A stretch of 63,464 nt of DNA, filler included, from Licmophora abbreviata (lineage: Eukaryota): assembly GCA_900291995.1 (NCBI GenBank). It is 14 parts of 14 records of this genome, joined end to end, with 100 filler letters (N's around TTAATTAATTAA, not from the genome) between each part and the next. Parts side by side here need not be neighbours in the genome. Positions count along the whole stretch, not along the records: positions 1 to 14,311 come from OLMU01005113.1; positions 14,412 to 16,513 come from OLMU01005116.1; positions 16,614 to 18,732 come from OLMU01005117.1; positions 18,833 to 20,640 come from OLMU01005118.1; 10 more parts are not named here. One strand, written 5' to 3'. This document shows positions 10,784-20,143 of this stretch, piece by piece (position 1 is the first letter of the stretch; each line of letters starts with the position of its first letter). The notes under the pieces are model-generated. The model saw only the letters and a program-made list of their open reading frames with translations, did no database searches and was not told the origin of the DNA. Made by a program: the position numbers and the translations under genes.

Positions 10784-11302
10784 TCCTCGCCCGACAGGCT
10801 ATCCGGGATCAAAAGGCAGGCCGACAGCACCTTTCTCGTGTCGTCGAATACCACCGGCTTCTCACCCAGCCACCGGGTATGCAGCCGGTGCGACGGCGCT
10901 CGGCCCTGCGCCATCTCCTGCAGGCAGGCAGCGGTTTCCTCGGCTATCCGCGTCAGACGCAGGCGCATATTGGCGTGATAGGTGTCTTGGTGCCGCGCCT
11001 CCATGCGCAGGTGAAACAGGGAACTGCGGGCGCGGCGCGATCTGCATCGCCGCGATCTGCGCCTCGGCATGGCGCGCGAACATGGCTTGGGCGCGCAGCA
11101 TCCGACCGGGCGCGTGCGTCACCACGCCAAGTGCCGCCTCACTGGCCGCCCGCCGCAAATCGCCCGTCCCGAACCGCCAGGCGATCAGCCGCGCCCTCAG
11201 GAACGCCCAACCCGCCGCGCGCGTCTTGCCAGCCGCCCACGCCGCACAGCCGCGCTCCATCAACGCCTCCCACATCAGGTCTCGCCGCCGCCATCCCGCC
11301 TG
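10756..11302 (-). pseudogene. 5'-truncated, frameshifted remnant of a hypothetical gene fused behind the binding-protein remnant
   Basis: ...WEALMERG...MQIAPR continues as ARSSLFHLRMEARHQDTY...GEKPVVFDDTRKVLSACLLI only after a frame change near 11028-11034 (apparent GC loss in a GC run); no start codon of its own. Confidence 0.6.
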
Positions 11303-11800
11303 CAGCGCGTTGTCGATCCCGAAAAGCTCGGTCCCCCACCAGCGCGCATCGCCAAAGGCGTGCTTGCCGGTGCCGCCCTCCTTCATGGCGGCGATCACCG
11401 CCTCCGGCTCGGCTGATCCGGCCTTCTCGGCGGCGGCCTTCCACAGATCCATCACCGAGGCATATTCCCAGCTCACCGCACCCCACTGACCGGGATAGCG
11501 CTTGTTGAACTCGGCGAAGAACCCGTTCGGATCCTCGAAATTCACCTAATCCGAATTCAGCGCCGGATTGTCGAAATCCGGGAACTGGAACAGGAACCCC
11601 TCCATGAATTCCACCTGATAGGCGCCGTCCGACAGCTGGATGCCGCCCGCCGCGTTGACCCGCTCGGCCCAGATCTGGCACCCGTCGAGCCCCGGCTTGC
11701 CCTAGGCCGCCACCGCCCCCGTCAAAGGCGCAAGAAAGCCGATCCTGATGACGTTGTTCTGGGCATGGGCCAGCCGTGGCAAGCTCGAGGCCGCCGCCGC
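11303..11800 (-). pseudogene. Decayed ABC (branched-chain-type) substrate-binding protein gene, paralogous to 12640..13944
   Basis: Reads ...SSLPRLAHAQNNVIRIGFLAPLTGAVAA*GKPGLDGCQIW...YQVEF|MEGFLFQFPDFDNPALNSD*VNFEDPN...AVSWEYA...WWGTELFGIDNAL. TAG stops at 11702-11704 and 11546-11548, about 190 codons deleted at 11606-11611 relative to the neighbouring paralogue, and the C-terminus is lost. Confidence 0.85.
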
Positions 11801-11906
11801 CCATGTACGCGGCAAGCATGGCGCACCACATCCCCACAGCAGACCGCTTTCCCACCCGCCCTTTGCGCGCTAGATTACCCCATCTATGCCAGCTTCAGGA
11901 TCCCCG

Positions 11907-12632
11907 ATGACCCGACACATCGACGACACCGCAACCATCGTCACACCCCAGCCGATCGGCGCGACGGTGCAGATCGTCGTCGATACCCTGTTCGCGCGCA
12001 TCAAGTCCGAAGAATACCCGACCGACACGCGCCTGCCCTCGGAACGCACCCTGGCCTCGGAACTGGGGGTCGCCCGCAACACCGTCCGCGAGGCGCTGGA
12101 CGTGCTGGAAAACCAGAACGTGATCCGCCGCCGCCCCGGCTCGGGCAGCTTTGTGACCTACCGCTCCAAGACACCTTCGCGCGCCTTCGACGAATCCGTC
12201 GCCGATGATACAAGCCCGCTGGATCATCTGGTGGTGCGCGGCATTCTCGAACCTGAAATGGTCCGACTTGCGGTGGTCAACATGACCCCCCGCCAGATCA
12301 CGGAACTATCGCAAACCCTGTCGGCGCTCGAAGCCATCAACACCGACATGGACGCCTTCATCGAGCTTGAGGAAAAGCTCTATAGCCAGATCGCCGAAGG
12401 CACCGGCAACCCGCTGCTGGCGTCCTGCTACCGGCTGACCATCGAAACCTACCGCCAGAGCTTTCGCACCAAGCTGCGCCGCCGCAACCTGACGCCGCGC
12501 CGCATTCAGGACTATCAGAAACGCTACAACACCCTGTTCAACGCCATCGCCTCGCGCGATGTCGCCTCTGCGGTGGAATTCATCAAGCTGCATCTGGTCG
12601 AGGAACAGAAACTGCTCCTGCAGGAATTCTGA
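11907..12632 (+). CDS. GntR/FadR-family transcriptional regulator (TmoR-like by context)
   Basis: RLPSERTLASELGVARNTVREAL wHTH and RRPGSGSFV, followed by an FCD domain; adjacent to tmm as in Roseobacter TMA loci. Confidence 0.9.
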   Translation: MTRHIDDTATIVTPQPIGATVQIVVDTLFARIKSEEYPTDTRLPSERTLASELGVARNTVREALDVLENQNVIRRRPGSGSFVTYRSKTPSRAFDESVADDTSPLDHLVVRGILEPEMVRLAVVNMTPRQITELSQTLSALEAINTDMDAFIELEEKLYSQIAEGTGNPLLASCYRLTIETYRQSFRTKLRRRNLTPRRIQDYQKRYNTLFNAIASRDVASAVEFIKLHLVEEQKLLLQEF

Positions 12633-12639
12633 TCGCGCC

Positions 12640-13944
12640 TCACGCCTCGATATTGCGGGCCTGCAATTCGGTGCCCTCGCCGACCCCGCGCTCCAGCCGC
12701 TGATCCCACATCTGACCCAGAGCGACCATCTCGCGTTTCAGCAGATCGGCATTGTCGCGCAGCCACCCCGGCACCGACCCGAAGCTGACGATCCGCGCCT
12801 TGCCGTCCTGCACCGTCACCACCGGCCATTCGCCGACCAGCGCATTGTCCACGCCGAACACATCGCGCCCCCACCATTGCGCCGGGCCGAACGCGTGGGT
12901 GACATGGCCAAGCTGCTTCATCGCCGCCAGAACCGACAGCGGATTGACCGTGCCGGCCTTTTCCACCGCCGCGTGCCAGATATCCAGAATGGCGGCATAT
13001 TCCCAACTGACCGCGCTCCAGCTTCCGGGGTAGCGGGCGTTATATTCCTCGTAAAAGACATTCGGCTGATTGAAGAAAAACGCCTTTTCCCGCAGCGCCG
13101 GATCGTCGAAATCCGGAAAGTGAAAGACCGTCCCTTCCATGAAGTCACGCCCCGTGCGCGCCACCAGCCGATCATAGTGATCCAGCGTGCACGAGATGAT
13201 CTGCCCCCTGAAGCCTTGCGCATGGGCGTATTCCGTCATCGCATGCACCATCGGCGTATAGCTGGTGCACCAGCACAGGATATCGGGGTTTTCCTCCAGC
13301 ATCGGCTGCACCAATGCCGCGGCGTCGGTCATCGCGGGATCATACTGGATTTCCTTGGCAACGTGGATGCCCGCCGCCTTGAACGCCGCGCGATAGGTGG
13401 CCAGCGACGGCAGGCCAAGCGCATCGCGCTGACTGCACATCGCCACGGTTTTCAGCTCGGGCCGCGCCTTGGCCAGCCACTCCACCCCGGTGACCAGATA
13501 GATCGGGTGCACCTCGGACGGCGCAATGAGATAGGGGGTGTCCGGGCTCAGATCACTGGGCAGCAGCGTCGAGGTCAGGATGCGCCGGTCCATCAGGAAA
13601 TCTGCCACCGGGGTAAAGCTGTCACCGCCCAGCATCATCAGCAGCTTGACGTCATGATCCTGCACCAGCCGCACGGCCCCCGCCATCGCCGCCTTCGGCT
13701 CATAGCCGCAATCATGCGCATGGATGCGAATCGGATAGCGGCGCCCGTCGATCAGCAGACCACCCGCGGCATTGAGCCAGTTTTCCCAGATCCGGCAGCC
13801 ATGCAGCCCGGGCAGCCCCCAGGATTCGACCGGCCCGCTCAGCGGCGCGAGAAAGCCGATATTGACGGTGCTCGCCATCCCCGCCTGCAGGCGCGGCAGC
13901 GCCCCGCTGATCGCGAGCCGATGTGCAAAACTCGACGACTCCAT
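12640..13944 (-). CDS. Periplasmic-binding-protein type I fold protein (LivJ/AmiC-like), no evident signal peptide
   Basis: VNIGFLAPLSGPVESWG...NAAGG motif of Peripla_BP_6-type proteins; the N-terminus lacks a hydrophobic h-region or twin-Arg. Confidence 0.88.
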   Translation of the reverse strand: MESSSFAHRLAISGALPRLQAGMASTVNIGFLAPLSGPVESWGLPGLHGCRIWENWLNAAGGLLIDGRRYPIRIHAHDCGYEPKAAMAGAVRLVQDHDVKLLMMLGGDSFTPVADFLMDRRILTSTLLPSDLSPDTPYLIAPSEVHPIYLVTGVEWLAKARPELKTVAMCSQRDALGLPSLATYRAAFKAAGIHVAKEIQYDPAMTDAAALVQPMLEENPDILCWCTSYTPMVHAMTEYAHAQGFRGQIISCTLDHYDRLVARTGRDFMEGTVFHFPDFDDPALREKAFFFNQPNVFYEEYNARYPGSWSAVSWEYAAILDIWHAAVEKAGTVNPLSVLAAMKQLGHVTHAFGPAQWWGRDVFGVDNALVGEWPVVTVQDGKARIVSFGSVPGWLRDNADLLKREMVALGQMWDQRLERGVGEGTELQARNIEA

Positions 13945-14025
13945 GATATTCCGTGCTCCCTTGCGCCAAGACGTTCTGCGACGATACCACCGGATCGCGC
14001 CCTGAACAGGATTGTTGTTGACTCA

Positions 14026-14311
<286 letters not shown>

Positions 14312-14411
14312 NNNNNNNNNNNNNNNNNNNNNNNNNNNNNNNNNNNNNNNNNNNNTTAATTAATTAANNNNNNNNNNNNNNNNNNNNNNNNNNNNNNNNN
14401 NNNNNNNNNNN
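14312..14411. other. Artificial scaffold linker N44-TTAATTAATTAA-N44, first of 13. The others start at 16514, 18733, 20641, 25025, 26878, 36537, 46841, 49722, 51943, 53182, 57918 and 60829.
   Basis: Identical 100-nt blocks with a six-frame stop core. Confidence 0.99.
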
Positions 14412-14647
14412 CCCCGCTGGCAAGCCAAGGGCACCGCCGCCTGCGCCAGATCCCCGGCGCCATGCCCCGGCTGGGCAATCTGCCGTCGGGCTGCGCCTTC
14501 TCGCCGCGCTGCGACCACATGCAGGACCGCTGCCGCCACGATCCCGGCCCGACACTCGACACGTGCGACGGCCGCGCAGCCTGCTGGTTCCCGCTGCGCT
14601 CTCAGGCTGACACCACCCGCGACCGCGATCAGGAGGCCGAAGCATGA
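14412..14647 (+). CDS. Oligopeptide/dipeptide ABC ATPase (OppD/DppD-like), C-terminal fragment
   Basis: LRQIPGAMPRLGNLPSGCAFSPRC; ATGA overlap with the next ATPase gene. Confidence 0.85.
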
Positions 14648-15609
14648 GCGCGATCATCCGGATCGAACATCTGACCCGCATCTTCGATGTCTCCAAACCC
14701 TGGCTCAACCGGCTGATCGAACGCGCCCCCCGTGCGCTGCTCACCGCCGTGTCGGATGTCAGCTTCGAGATCGAGGAAAACAGCGTCTACGCCCTTGTCG
14801 GCGAAAGCGGCTCGGGCAAATCCACCATCGGCAAGATCATCGTGGGCCTCGTGCCGCCCTCGCAAGGCTCGGTCCTGATCGAGGGCGTGGATCTCGCCAC
14901 CGAAAGCGACGCCGCCAAGATCGACGCCGTGCGCGCCGATATCCAGATGATCTTCCAGGACCCCTATGCCTCTCTCAACCCGCGCTGGCGCGTGCGGGAC
15001 ATCATCGCCGAGCCGGTGGCCGCGCGCGGCGGGGCAACCGCCGGGCTGGCCGAGAAGCTGCTGGAACAGGTGGGGCTCTCGGCGGCGGATGCGGGCAAAT
15101 ATCCGCATGAGTTCTCCGGCGGCCAGCGTCAGCGCATCTGCATCGCCCGGGCGCTGGCCTCCGGCCCGAAGATCATCGTCTGCGACGAACCGACCTCGGC
15201 ACTGGATGTCTCGGTGCAAAGCCAGGTGCTCAACCTGATGTCGGACCTGCGCGAAGAGTTGGGGCTCACCTACCTCTTCATCAGCCATGACCTCACCGTG
15301 GTGCATCACATGGCAGACCGGATCGGCGTGCTCTATCTGGGCCGTCTGGTCGAAGAGGCGCCGCGCGATACGCTCTTCGCCGACCCCAAACATCCCTATA
15401 CGCAGATGCTGTTCGATGCCGCCCCACGCATGGATGCCTTCGGTCGCGAAGTGGATCCGCCCAAGGGCGAGATCCCCGATGCGATCAACCCACCCTCGGG
15501 CTGCGCGTTTCACCCGCGCTGCCCGCTGGCCATAGACCGCTGCAGCCGCGAGCGTCCCGAAATGCGCCGCCTCGGCGACACCCGTGTGGCCTGCCATCTG
15601 GCGGAATGA
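14644..15609 (+). CDS. Oligopeptide/dipeptide ABC ATPase (OppF/DppF-like)
   Basis: GESGSGKST, FQDPYASLNPR, FSGGQRQRI, CDEPTSALD, KHPYT and PSGCAFHPRC motifs. Confidence 0.95.
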   Translation: MSAIIRIEHLTRIFDVSKPWLNRLIERAPRALLTAVSDVSFEIEENSVYALVGESGSGKSTIGKIIVGLVPPSQGSVLIEGVDLATESDAAKIDAVRADIQMIFQDPYASLNPRWRVRDIIAEPVAARGGATAGLAEKLLEQVGLSAADAGKYPHEFSGGQRQRICIARALASGPKIIVCDEPTSALDVSVQSQVLNLMSDLREELGLTYLFISHDLTVVHHMADRIGVLYLGRLVEEAPRDTLFADPKHPYTQMLFDAAPRMDAFGREVDPPKGEIPDAINPPSGCAFHPRCPLAIDRCSRERPEMRRLGDTRVACHLAE

Positions 15610-15637
15610 CTCCGCCCCCGAAACCTGTCGCGGGCGG

Positions 15638-15712
15638 CTTCTTCCGGCTGAAAATATCCCGGGGGAGGCGTTGAAATCCCCTTCGGATTTCAACGGCGGG
15701 GGCAGAGCCCCC
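15638..15712 (-). repeat. Intergenic palindromic repeat family A, copy 1
   Basis: Reverse complement matches 23817-23890 (GGGGGCTCTGCCCCCG..CGTTGAAA-loop-TTTCAACG.CTCCCCCGGGATATTT..CC.GAAGAA); lies between convergent genes. Confidence 0.85.
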
Positions 15713-16200
15713 TACTCGTCCCCCTCATCCGCAGGCGAGGCATTCAGCAGCCCATAACGCTCGGCACCGAGGCTGTCATAAAGTTCGATCTGCGTCTCGA
15801 GGAAGTCGATATGGCCTTCCTCATCGGCGATCAGCTCTTCGAACAGGTTTTTCGAGACGTAATCCGCCACGCTTTCACAGTGATTGCGCGCCTCGATATA
15901 CAGCGTGCGCGCCTCGTGCTCAGCAGCCAGATCGGCCTCCAGCGTCTCGCGCAGGGTCTCGCCGATCCGCAGCGCGTCCAGCTTCTGCAGGTTCGGGTGC
16001 CCGCCAAGAAAGATGATCCGGGCGATCAGCTTGTCAGCATGGTGCATCTCTTCGATGCTTTCCTCGCGGCTCTTATTCGCGATCCGGCCATAGCCCCAGT
16101 CTTCCTGCAGGCGGTAATGCAGCCAGTATTGGCTGACCGCCGTCAACTCACTGCGCAGCGCCTTGTTGAGATACTCAATTACCTTTTCGTCGCCCTTCAT
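15712..16200 (-). CDS. bfr: Bacterioferritin
   Basis: [33 protein letters not shown] and [10 protein letters not shown] ferroxidase motifs. Confidence 0.97.
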   Translation of the reverse strand: MKGDEKVIEYLNKALRSELTAVSQYWLHYRLQEDWGYGRIANKSREESIEEMHHADKLIARIIFLGGHPNLQKLDALRIGETLRETLEADLAAEHEARTLYIEARNHCESVADYVSKNLFEELIADEEGHIDFLETQIELYDSLGAERYGLLNASPADEGDE

Positions 16201-16441
16201 CGGTCACTCCCTGTGTCATGTCACGGCGCAGGCCGCGCAACTCCATCGGTACTTCAAACTTGTCACATCCTTGCAGCGTGTCAATGAACCGCGGCAGGCA
16301 TCCGCCGCAATCCGCGCGCTTGCCAAGGGCACGGTAGACCTTGCCCGGGGTTATGATCGTGTCGGGATCCGCAGCCCGCATCCAGTCCACCGCGCGCCGG
16401 ATATCCCCGTCGGTGATGGCCATGCAGTGACAAATCATCAT
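16175..16441 (-). CDS. bfd: Bacterioferritin-associated [2Fe-2S] ferredoxin
   Basis: MICHCMAIT...DCGGC; AGGAG RBS; overlaps the bfr start. Confidence 0.9.
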   Translation of the reverse strand: MMICHCMAITDGDIRRAVDWMRAADPDTIITPGKVYRALGKRADCGGCLPRFIDTLQGCDKFEVPMELRGLRRDMTQGVTDEGRRKGN

Positions 16442-16613
16442 GTCTTGTCTCCTCGTGTCCTTGTCGCCGGTCAATGCCGCGTGGCGCTTGCCGGTTCGGG
16501 GAACCGGGCCTGTNNNNNNNNNNNNNNNNNNNNNNNNNNNNNNNNNNNNNNNNNNNNTTAATTAATTAANNNNNNNNNNNNNNNNNNNNNNNNNNNNNNN
16601 NNNNNNNNNNNNN

Positions 16614-16897
16614 AAATGCGCAAGGATCGCCTCATCCGAGCCCACGCAGCGGCACGCCTGGCCATGCTGCGCCAGCGGACGGCGGCAATGGCGCTGCATC
16701 AGGCCCATCATCTCACTGAACGCGCGCAGACAAGCCCGCGCCCCGCTTGGCCCCAGTGTCGGCAAGAGCAGCGCCTCGACAGCATCTGGCCCCTCCCTCC
16801 ATCTGCGCAGGCACAGCACCACCAGCGCCTCGCCCGGATCCAGCCTGTCCAGCGCCGAGACCGGGAAGGCGCCGACCATGTCCCTGTCATGCTTCAT
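16614..16897 (-). CDS. Hypothetical protein downstream of hemP (3' end cut by a gap)
   Basis: Translationally coupled to hemP (ATGA); RRPL..H...C.C.G.DEA motif. Confidence 0.7.
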
Positions 16898-17058
16898 TTG
16901 GTCAGGATCAACTTGCCGGCGCGGGTGATGCGCAAGGTGTAGATCTGGCCGTCCAGCACGATCGTGGCCGTCTGCCCGCCATCGGTCAGGGCACGCGCGT
17001 CATGGCTGGCGGGATCGGGTTGCAGCTGCGGCTGAGCGGATGTCTGCGCCCGGATCAT
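16894..17058 (-). CDS. hemP: Hemin uptake protein HemP/HmuP (54 aa)
   Basis: Not in the ORF track. ...HDARALTDGGQTATIVLDGQIYTLRITRAGKLILTK* carries the signature KLILTK C-terminus. Confidence 0.93.
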   Translation of the reverse strand: MIRAQTSAQPQLQPDPASHDARALTDGGQTATIVLDGQIYTLRITRAGKLILTK

Positions 17059-17213
17059 CGTCCCGCCTCCACCCGGTCGAGCAGCGCCTCCAGCCAGTAA
17101 TCAGAGGTTACACCCCCCTGAAAGGCGACGGCGAGAATATCCTTGCGCCATGCGTCACGCTCACTTGGGGTGACAGCTTGGGGCGCGGGCGAAAGAGTAT
17201 GGGACTGTACCAT
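17055..17213 (-). CDS. Small hypothetical protein (52 aa) coupled to hemP
   Basis: MVQSHTLSPAP...YWLEALLDRVEAGR*; its stop overlaps the hemP start (ATGA) and its 3' end supplies the GGAGG RBS. Confidence 0.5.
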   Translation of the reverse strand: MVQSHTLSPAPQAVTPSERDAWRKDILAVAFQGGVTSDYWLEALLDRVEAGR

Positions 17214-17281
17214 GCCAAAATTCCGTGTTGGGTCGTTTCTGGTGCCGGCTGGTCCGCATGGGGTGGCGTGGCCCCACCAAC

Positions 17282-17326
17282 CTGACAAAAATGATAGGAT
17301 ATGTCAATTCTGATTTTTTTAGTCGG
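17282..17326. promoter_or_regulatory. Two Iron-Rhodo-box-like sites upstream of the hemP operon
   Basis: CTGACAAAAATGATAGG (17282-17298) and CTGATTTTTTTAGTCGG (17310-17326) fit CTGAC-N7(AT-rich)-GTCAG and lie in an AT-rich island. Confidence 0.7.
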
Positions 17327-17419
17327 AAATAAAAATCCTCTGCAAACATCGCTGGTCAGAGGCCCTTTTGCTGACTTATACTCGGACAATTCCGGCCGGG
17401 CACACAAAGAGACTTCGCC

Positions 17420-17896
17420 ATGTCGCTTCACCCCTACAGGCAAATGCCGATCACATTGCGCCCTCGGATCAAGTCCGACATGCGAACCCAGTTCGCGGCG
17501 CTGTGCTATCGCATGACCAACGACAAGCCGGAAATCCTTCTCGTGACCAGCCGTGGTTCCGGCCGGTGGATTTTGCCCAAGGGGTGGCCGATTCCCGGTA
17601 AGACCCCCGGCGAATGCGCGTTGATCGAAGCCTGGGAAGAAGCCGGCGTTCGGGGCAAGGCCCATGAGCAATGCTTGGGAATCTTCTCTTACAACAAAAC
17701 CACCGATCCCAAGAACAGCTTGCCCTGTCTCGGCCTCGTCTTTCCGGTCAAGGTCAAGGCTCTGACCAACGACTATCCCGAGGCCGATCAGCGCAAGCGC
17801 AAATGGATGCGCCCGAAAAAGGCCGCCGCGCGCGTCGATGAACCCGAACTCGCCGCGATCCTGCGCCATTTCGATCCCAAGGCGCTGATACGGTGA
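17420..17896 (+). CDS. NUDIX hydrolase
   Basis: ILLVTSR..GRWILPKG...ECALIEAWEEAGV Nudix box. Confidence 0.9.
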   Translation: MSLHPYRQMPITLRPRIKSDMRTQFAALCYRMTNDKPEILLVTSRGSGRWILPKGWPIPGKTPGECALIEAWEEAGVRGKAHEQCLGIFSYNKTTDPKNSLPCLGLVFPVKVKALTNDYPEADQRKRKWMRPKKAAARVDEPELAAILRHFDPKALIR

Positions 17897-17965
17897 ACCG
17901 CGCGCGCCCTCTTGATCCCGCACCCCCCGGGGTTAAGTTCAATGGGCAACTGACGTGATGACCCC

Positions 17966-18400
17966 ATGATACAATTCACCCTCAAATGTGACCGAGATCA
18001 CCGGTTCGACAGCTGGTTCCAGAGTGCGGCCGCCTTCGACAAGCTAAAGGCGTCCGGCATGGTCTCCTGTGCGGTTTGTGGATCGACCAGCGTGGACAAG
18101 GCGCTCATGGCCCCCCGTGTCGCCGCCAGCCGCGCGCCGCAGGACTGCCCCGAACAGGGTGCCCTCAGCACCCCGAGCCATCCGGCCGAACAGGCCCTCG
18201 CCGAGTTGAAAAAGCGCATCGAGTCGCAATCCGAATATGTCGGCATGAACTTCAGGGCCGAAGCCCGCCGCATCCATGCCGGAGACAGCCCCGAACGCCC
18301 GATCTATGGCGAGGCCCGTCCCGACGACGCCCGCAAACTGATCGAAGACGGCGTGCCCGTGGCGCCTCTGCCCTTTGTGCCGGGCCGCAAATCGAACTGA
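17966..18400 (+). CDS. DUF1178 family protein
   Basis: MIQFTLKC..DHRFDSWFQS...CAVCGS..V.KALMAP...YVG..F..EARRIH...RPIYGEA. Confidence 0.88.
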   Translation: MIQFTLKCDRDHRFDSWFQSAAAFDKLKASGMVSCAVCGSTSVDKALMAPRVAASRAPQDCPEQGALSTPSHPAEQALAELKKRIESQSEYVGMNFRAEARRIHAGDSPERPIYGEARPDDARKLIEDGVPVAPLPFVPGRKSN

Positions 18401-18438
18401 CGCCGGCAAATCCGACCAAGGCCTGAAGGAGCGTTTTC

Positions 18439-18732
18439 ATGCATATCGTCATCACCGGGGCCAATCGCGGCATAGGTCATGCCCTGATGTCGCATTACCG
18501 GGCCGAAGGGCATGACGTGACCGGCACCTCCCGCGAGGGTGGCGCGCTGGCGCAACTCGATGTCACCGATCCCGCCTGCGTCGCGGCCTTTGCGCAGGCG
18601 CTCGAGGGGCGCGCGGTGGATCTTCTGGTCTGCAATGCCGGCGTCTATCTGGACAAGCACGAAACACTGACCAAGGGCTATCCCGCGCAGATGTGGGCCG
18701 ATACCTTTGCCGCCAATGTGACCGGCGTGTTC
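18439..18732 (+). CDS. SDR oxidoreductase (CsgA-like), cut by a gap
   Basis: VITGANRGIG, LDVTD and LVCNAGV motifs; AAGGAG RBS. Confidence 0.88.
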
Positions 18733-18834
18733 NNNNNNNNNNNNNNNNNNNNNNNNNNNNNNNNNNNNNNNNNNNNTTAATTAATTAANNNNNNNNNNNN
18801 NNNNNNNNNNNNNNNNNNNNNNNNNNNNNNNNAC

Positions 18835-19077
18835 CATTATCTGTCACGGATCGGCACGCTGTGCCGTGGCGCTGCAGCGACGCTGATCGCACGGCTCTGG
18901 CCGGGTCATACGGTGCGCGATGTGGATCGCAGACTTGCCGCCTGTCCGGCCCGCCAGCAAGCAATGGTGACCGGCGGCGTGATGCTGGTTCTGCTGCTGC
19001 TCAGCCTTTTTGCAGCGCAATTCGGCTGGATCGGAATCCTGCTCTTCTGGCTCGGCGTCATCCTTATTGCACGCTGA
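18835..19077 (+). CDS. Small membrane protein (5' end cut by a gap)
   Basis: Open frame from the contig edge ending VMLVLLLLSLFAAQFGWIGILLFWLGVILIAR*. Confidence 0.55.
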   Translation, partial: HYLSRIGTLCRGAAATLIARLWPGHTVRDVDRRLAACPARQQAMVTGGVMLVLLLLSLFAAQFGWIGILLFWLGVILIAR

Positions 19078-19188
19078 CCAAACAGGCTTTTGCCGCATGC
19101 CGCCGCATGCTGATTTCTGACATTTTCGTTATCCCAAAATCCAATGGTCTGCCCATGGCGTAACCCTTCCATAACCAAGGAGGTTGAC

Positions 19189-19365
19189 ATGGAAATCGTC
19201 GCAATACTGGCACTTGGAACTATGGGATTTGTCGCTGCGTTCGCGTTTCTGAGCGTGCGTGCGATGGAAGAGCTTCGCAACAGCGACACACCGAAATCCG
19301 CGCTGTCGCGTGACGGCGCACAGGAACGGCTCAAAGTCGCAGCCCGCGTCAGCGAAGCCGGGTAA
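19189..19365 (+). CDS. Small N-terminally anchored protein (58 aa)
   Basis: AAGGAGG RBS; MEIVAILALGTMGFVAAFAFLSVRAMEELRNSDTPKSALSRDG; followed by a GC hairpin at 19375-19399. Confidence 0.75.
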   Translation: MEIVAILALGTMGFVAAFAFLSVRAMEELRNSDTPKSALSRDGAQERLKVAARVSEAG

Positions 19366-19454
19366 TCGCATCTTGCGGCGGCGCATACGGCGCCGCCGCC
19401 TCATCCGGCCCGGCAGCCTGATCCAGACCGGTTACCATTTTCTCGGGGGCTAGA

Positions 19455-20021
19455 ATGACAGATATCGCAGACCTGCAAGACCGCACGTTGATGATCGTCG
19501 AGGATGATGACGCGCTACGCACGCAACTGGCCAAGGCACTCGGCAAGCGTGGCTTTTCGGTCACCACCTCTGCCTCCGTCACCGGCGCGATCGGCTTGCT
19601 CGAACCCTCTCCGCCTGCCTTTGCGGTGGTGGACCTGCGGCTCGATGATGGCTCGGGCCTCAGCTATATCGAAGCCCTCAGCACCCGGCGTCCGGATGCG
19701 CGCCCCATCGTGCTCACCGGCTATGGCAACACGCCCACCGCCGTCGCCGCCGTCAAACATGGCGCGATCGACTATCTGGCCAAACCAACGACCGCCGATG
19801 AGATCGTCGCGGCCCTTCTCGCCCCTCGCGAGGGGCGCGCAGCGCCGCCCGATAATCCGATCGACCCGGATGCCGCGCGGCTGGACCACATGCAGCGCAT
19901 CTACCGCGAATCCGGCGACAACACGACCGAGGCCGCACGCCGCCTGAACATGCATCGCCGCACGTTTCAACGCCGCATGAAAAAACTCCGCGAAACGATG
20001 CAACGCGCCAGCCCCGTATGA
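19455..20021 (+). CDS. RegA/PrrA/ActR-family response regulator (divergent paralogue)
   Basis: AVVDLRLDDGSG, VLTGYGN..TAVAAVK.GA.DYLAKP and ARRLNMHRRT motifs. Confidence 0.88.
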   Translation: MTDIADLQDRTLMIVEDDDALRTQLAKALGKRGFSVTTSASVTGAIGLLEPSPPAFAVVDLRLDDGSGLSYIEALSTRRPDARPIVLTGYGNTPTAVAAVKHGAIDYLAKPTTADEIVAALLAPREGRAAPPDNPIDPDAARLDHMQRIYRESGDNTTEAARRLNMHRRTFQRRMKKLRETMQRASPV

Positions 20022-20143
20022 TATCCGCCTGAGATCCGGGCGCGCCCGGCCCTGCATAAATCGGCAGTCATCGACAGCTTGTATCTTGCTCTTGGCCGCA
20101 ACCGAGCGTAAACCCCGCCCGGATTGCAGCCAGGGATAGGCCC

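Noticed and set aside
10862..11545. 227-aa ORF as a novel fusion protein
   Set aside because: A chimera of two pseudogene remnants, starting right after a nonsense codon and drifting out of frame near 11030.
11546..11704. Two in-frame TAG codons in a methylamine-related locus, suggesting pyrrolysine or readthrough
   Set aside because: The first TAG aligns to Trp (TGG>TAG) in the intact paralogue, the gene also has a large deletion and a truncation, and no pyl genes are visible. This is ordinary decay.
14356..14367. Recurrent TTAATTAATTAA motif (13 copies)
   Set aside because: Always centred in identical N blocks; an assembly linker, not biology.
20022..20143. Lysine riboswitch before lysC (and a riboswitch before glyA, 36200-36372)
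   Set aside because: The leaders are short and I see no recognisable aptamer consensus; an Rfam scan would be decisive.
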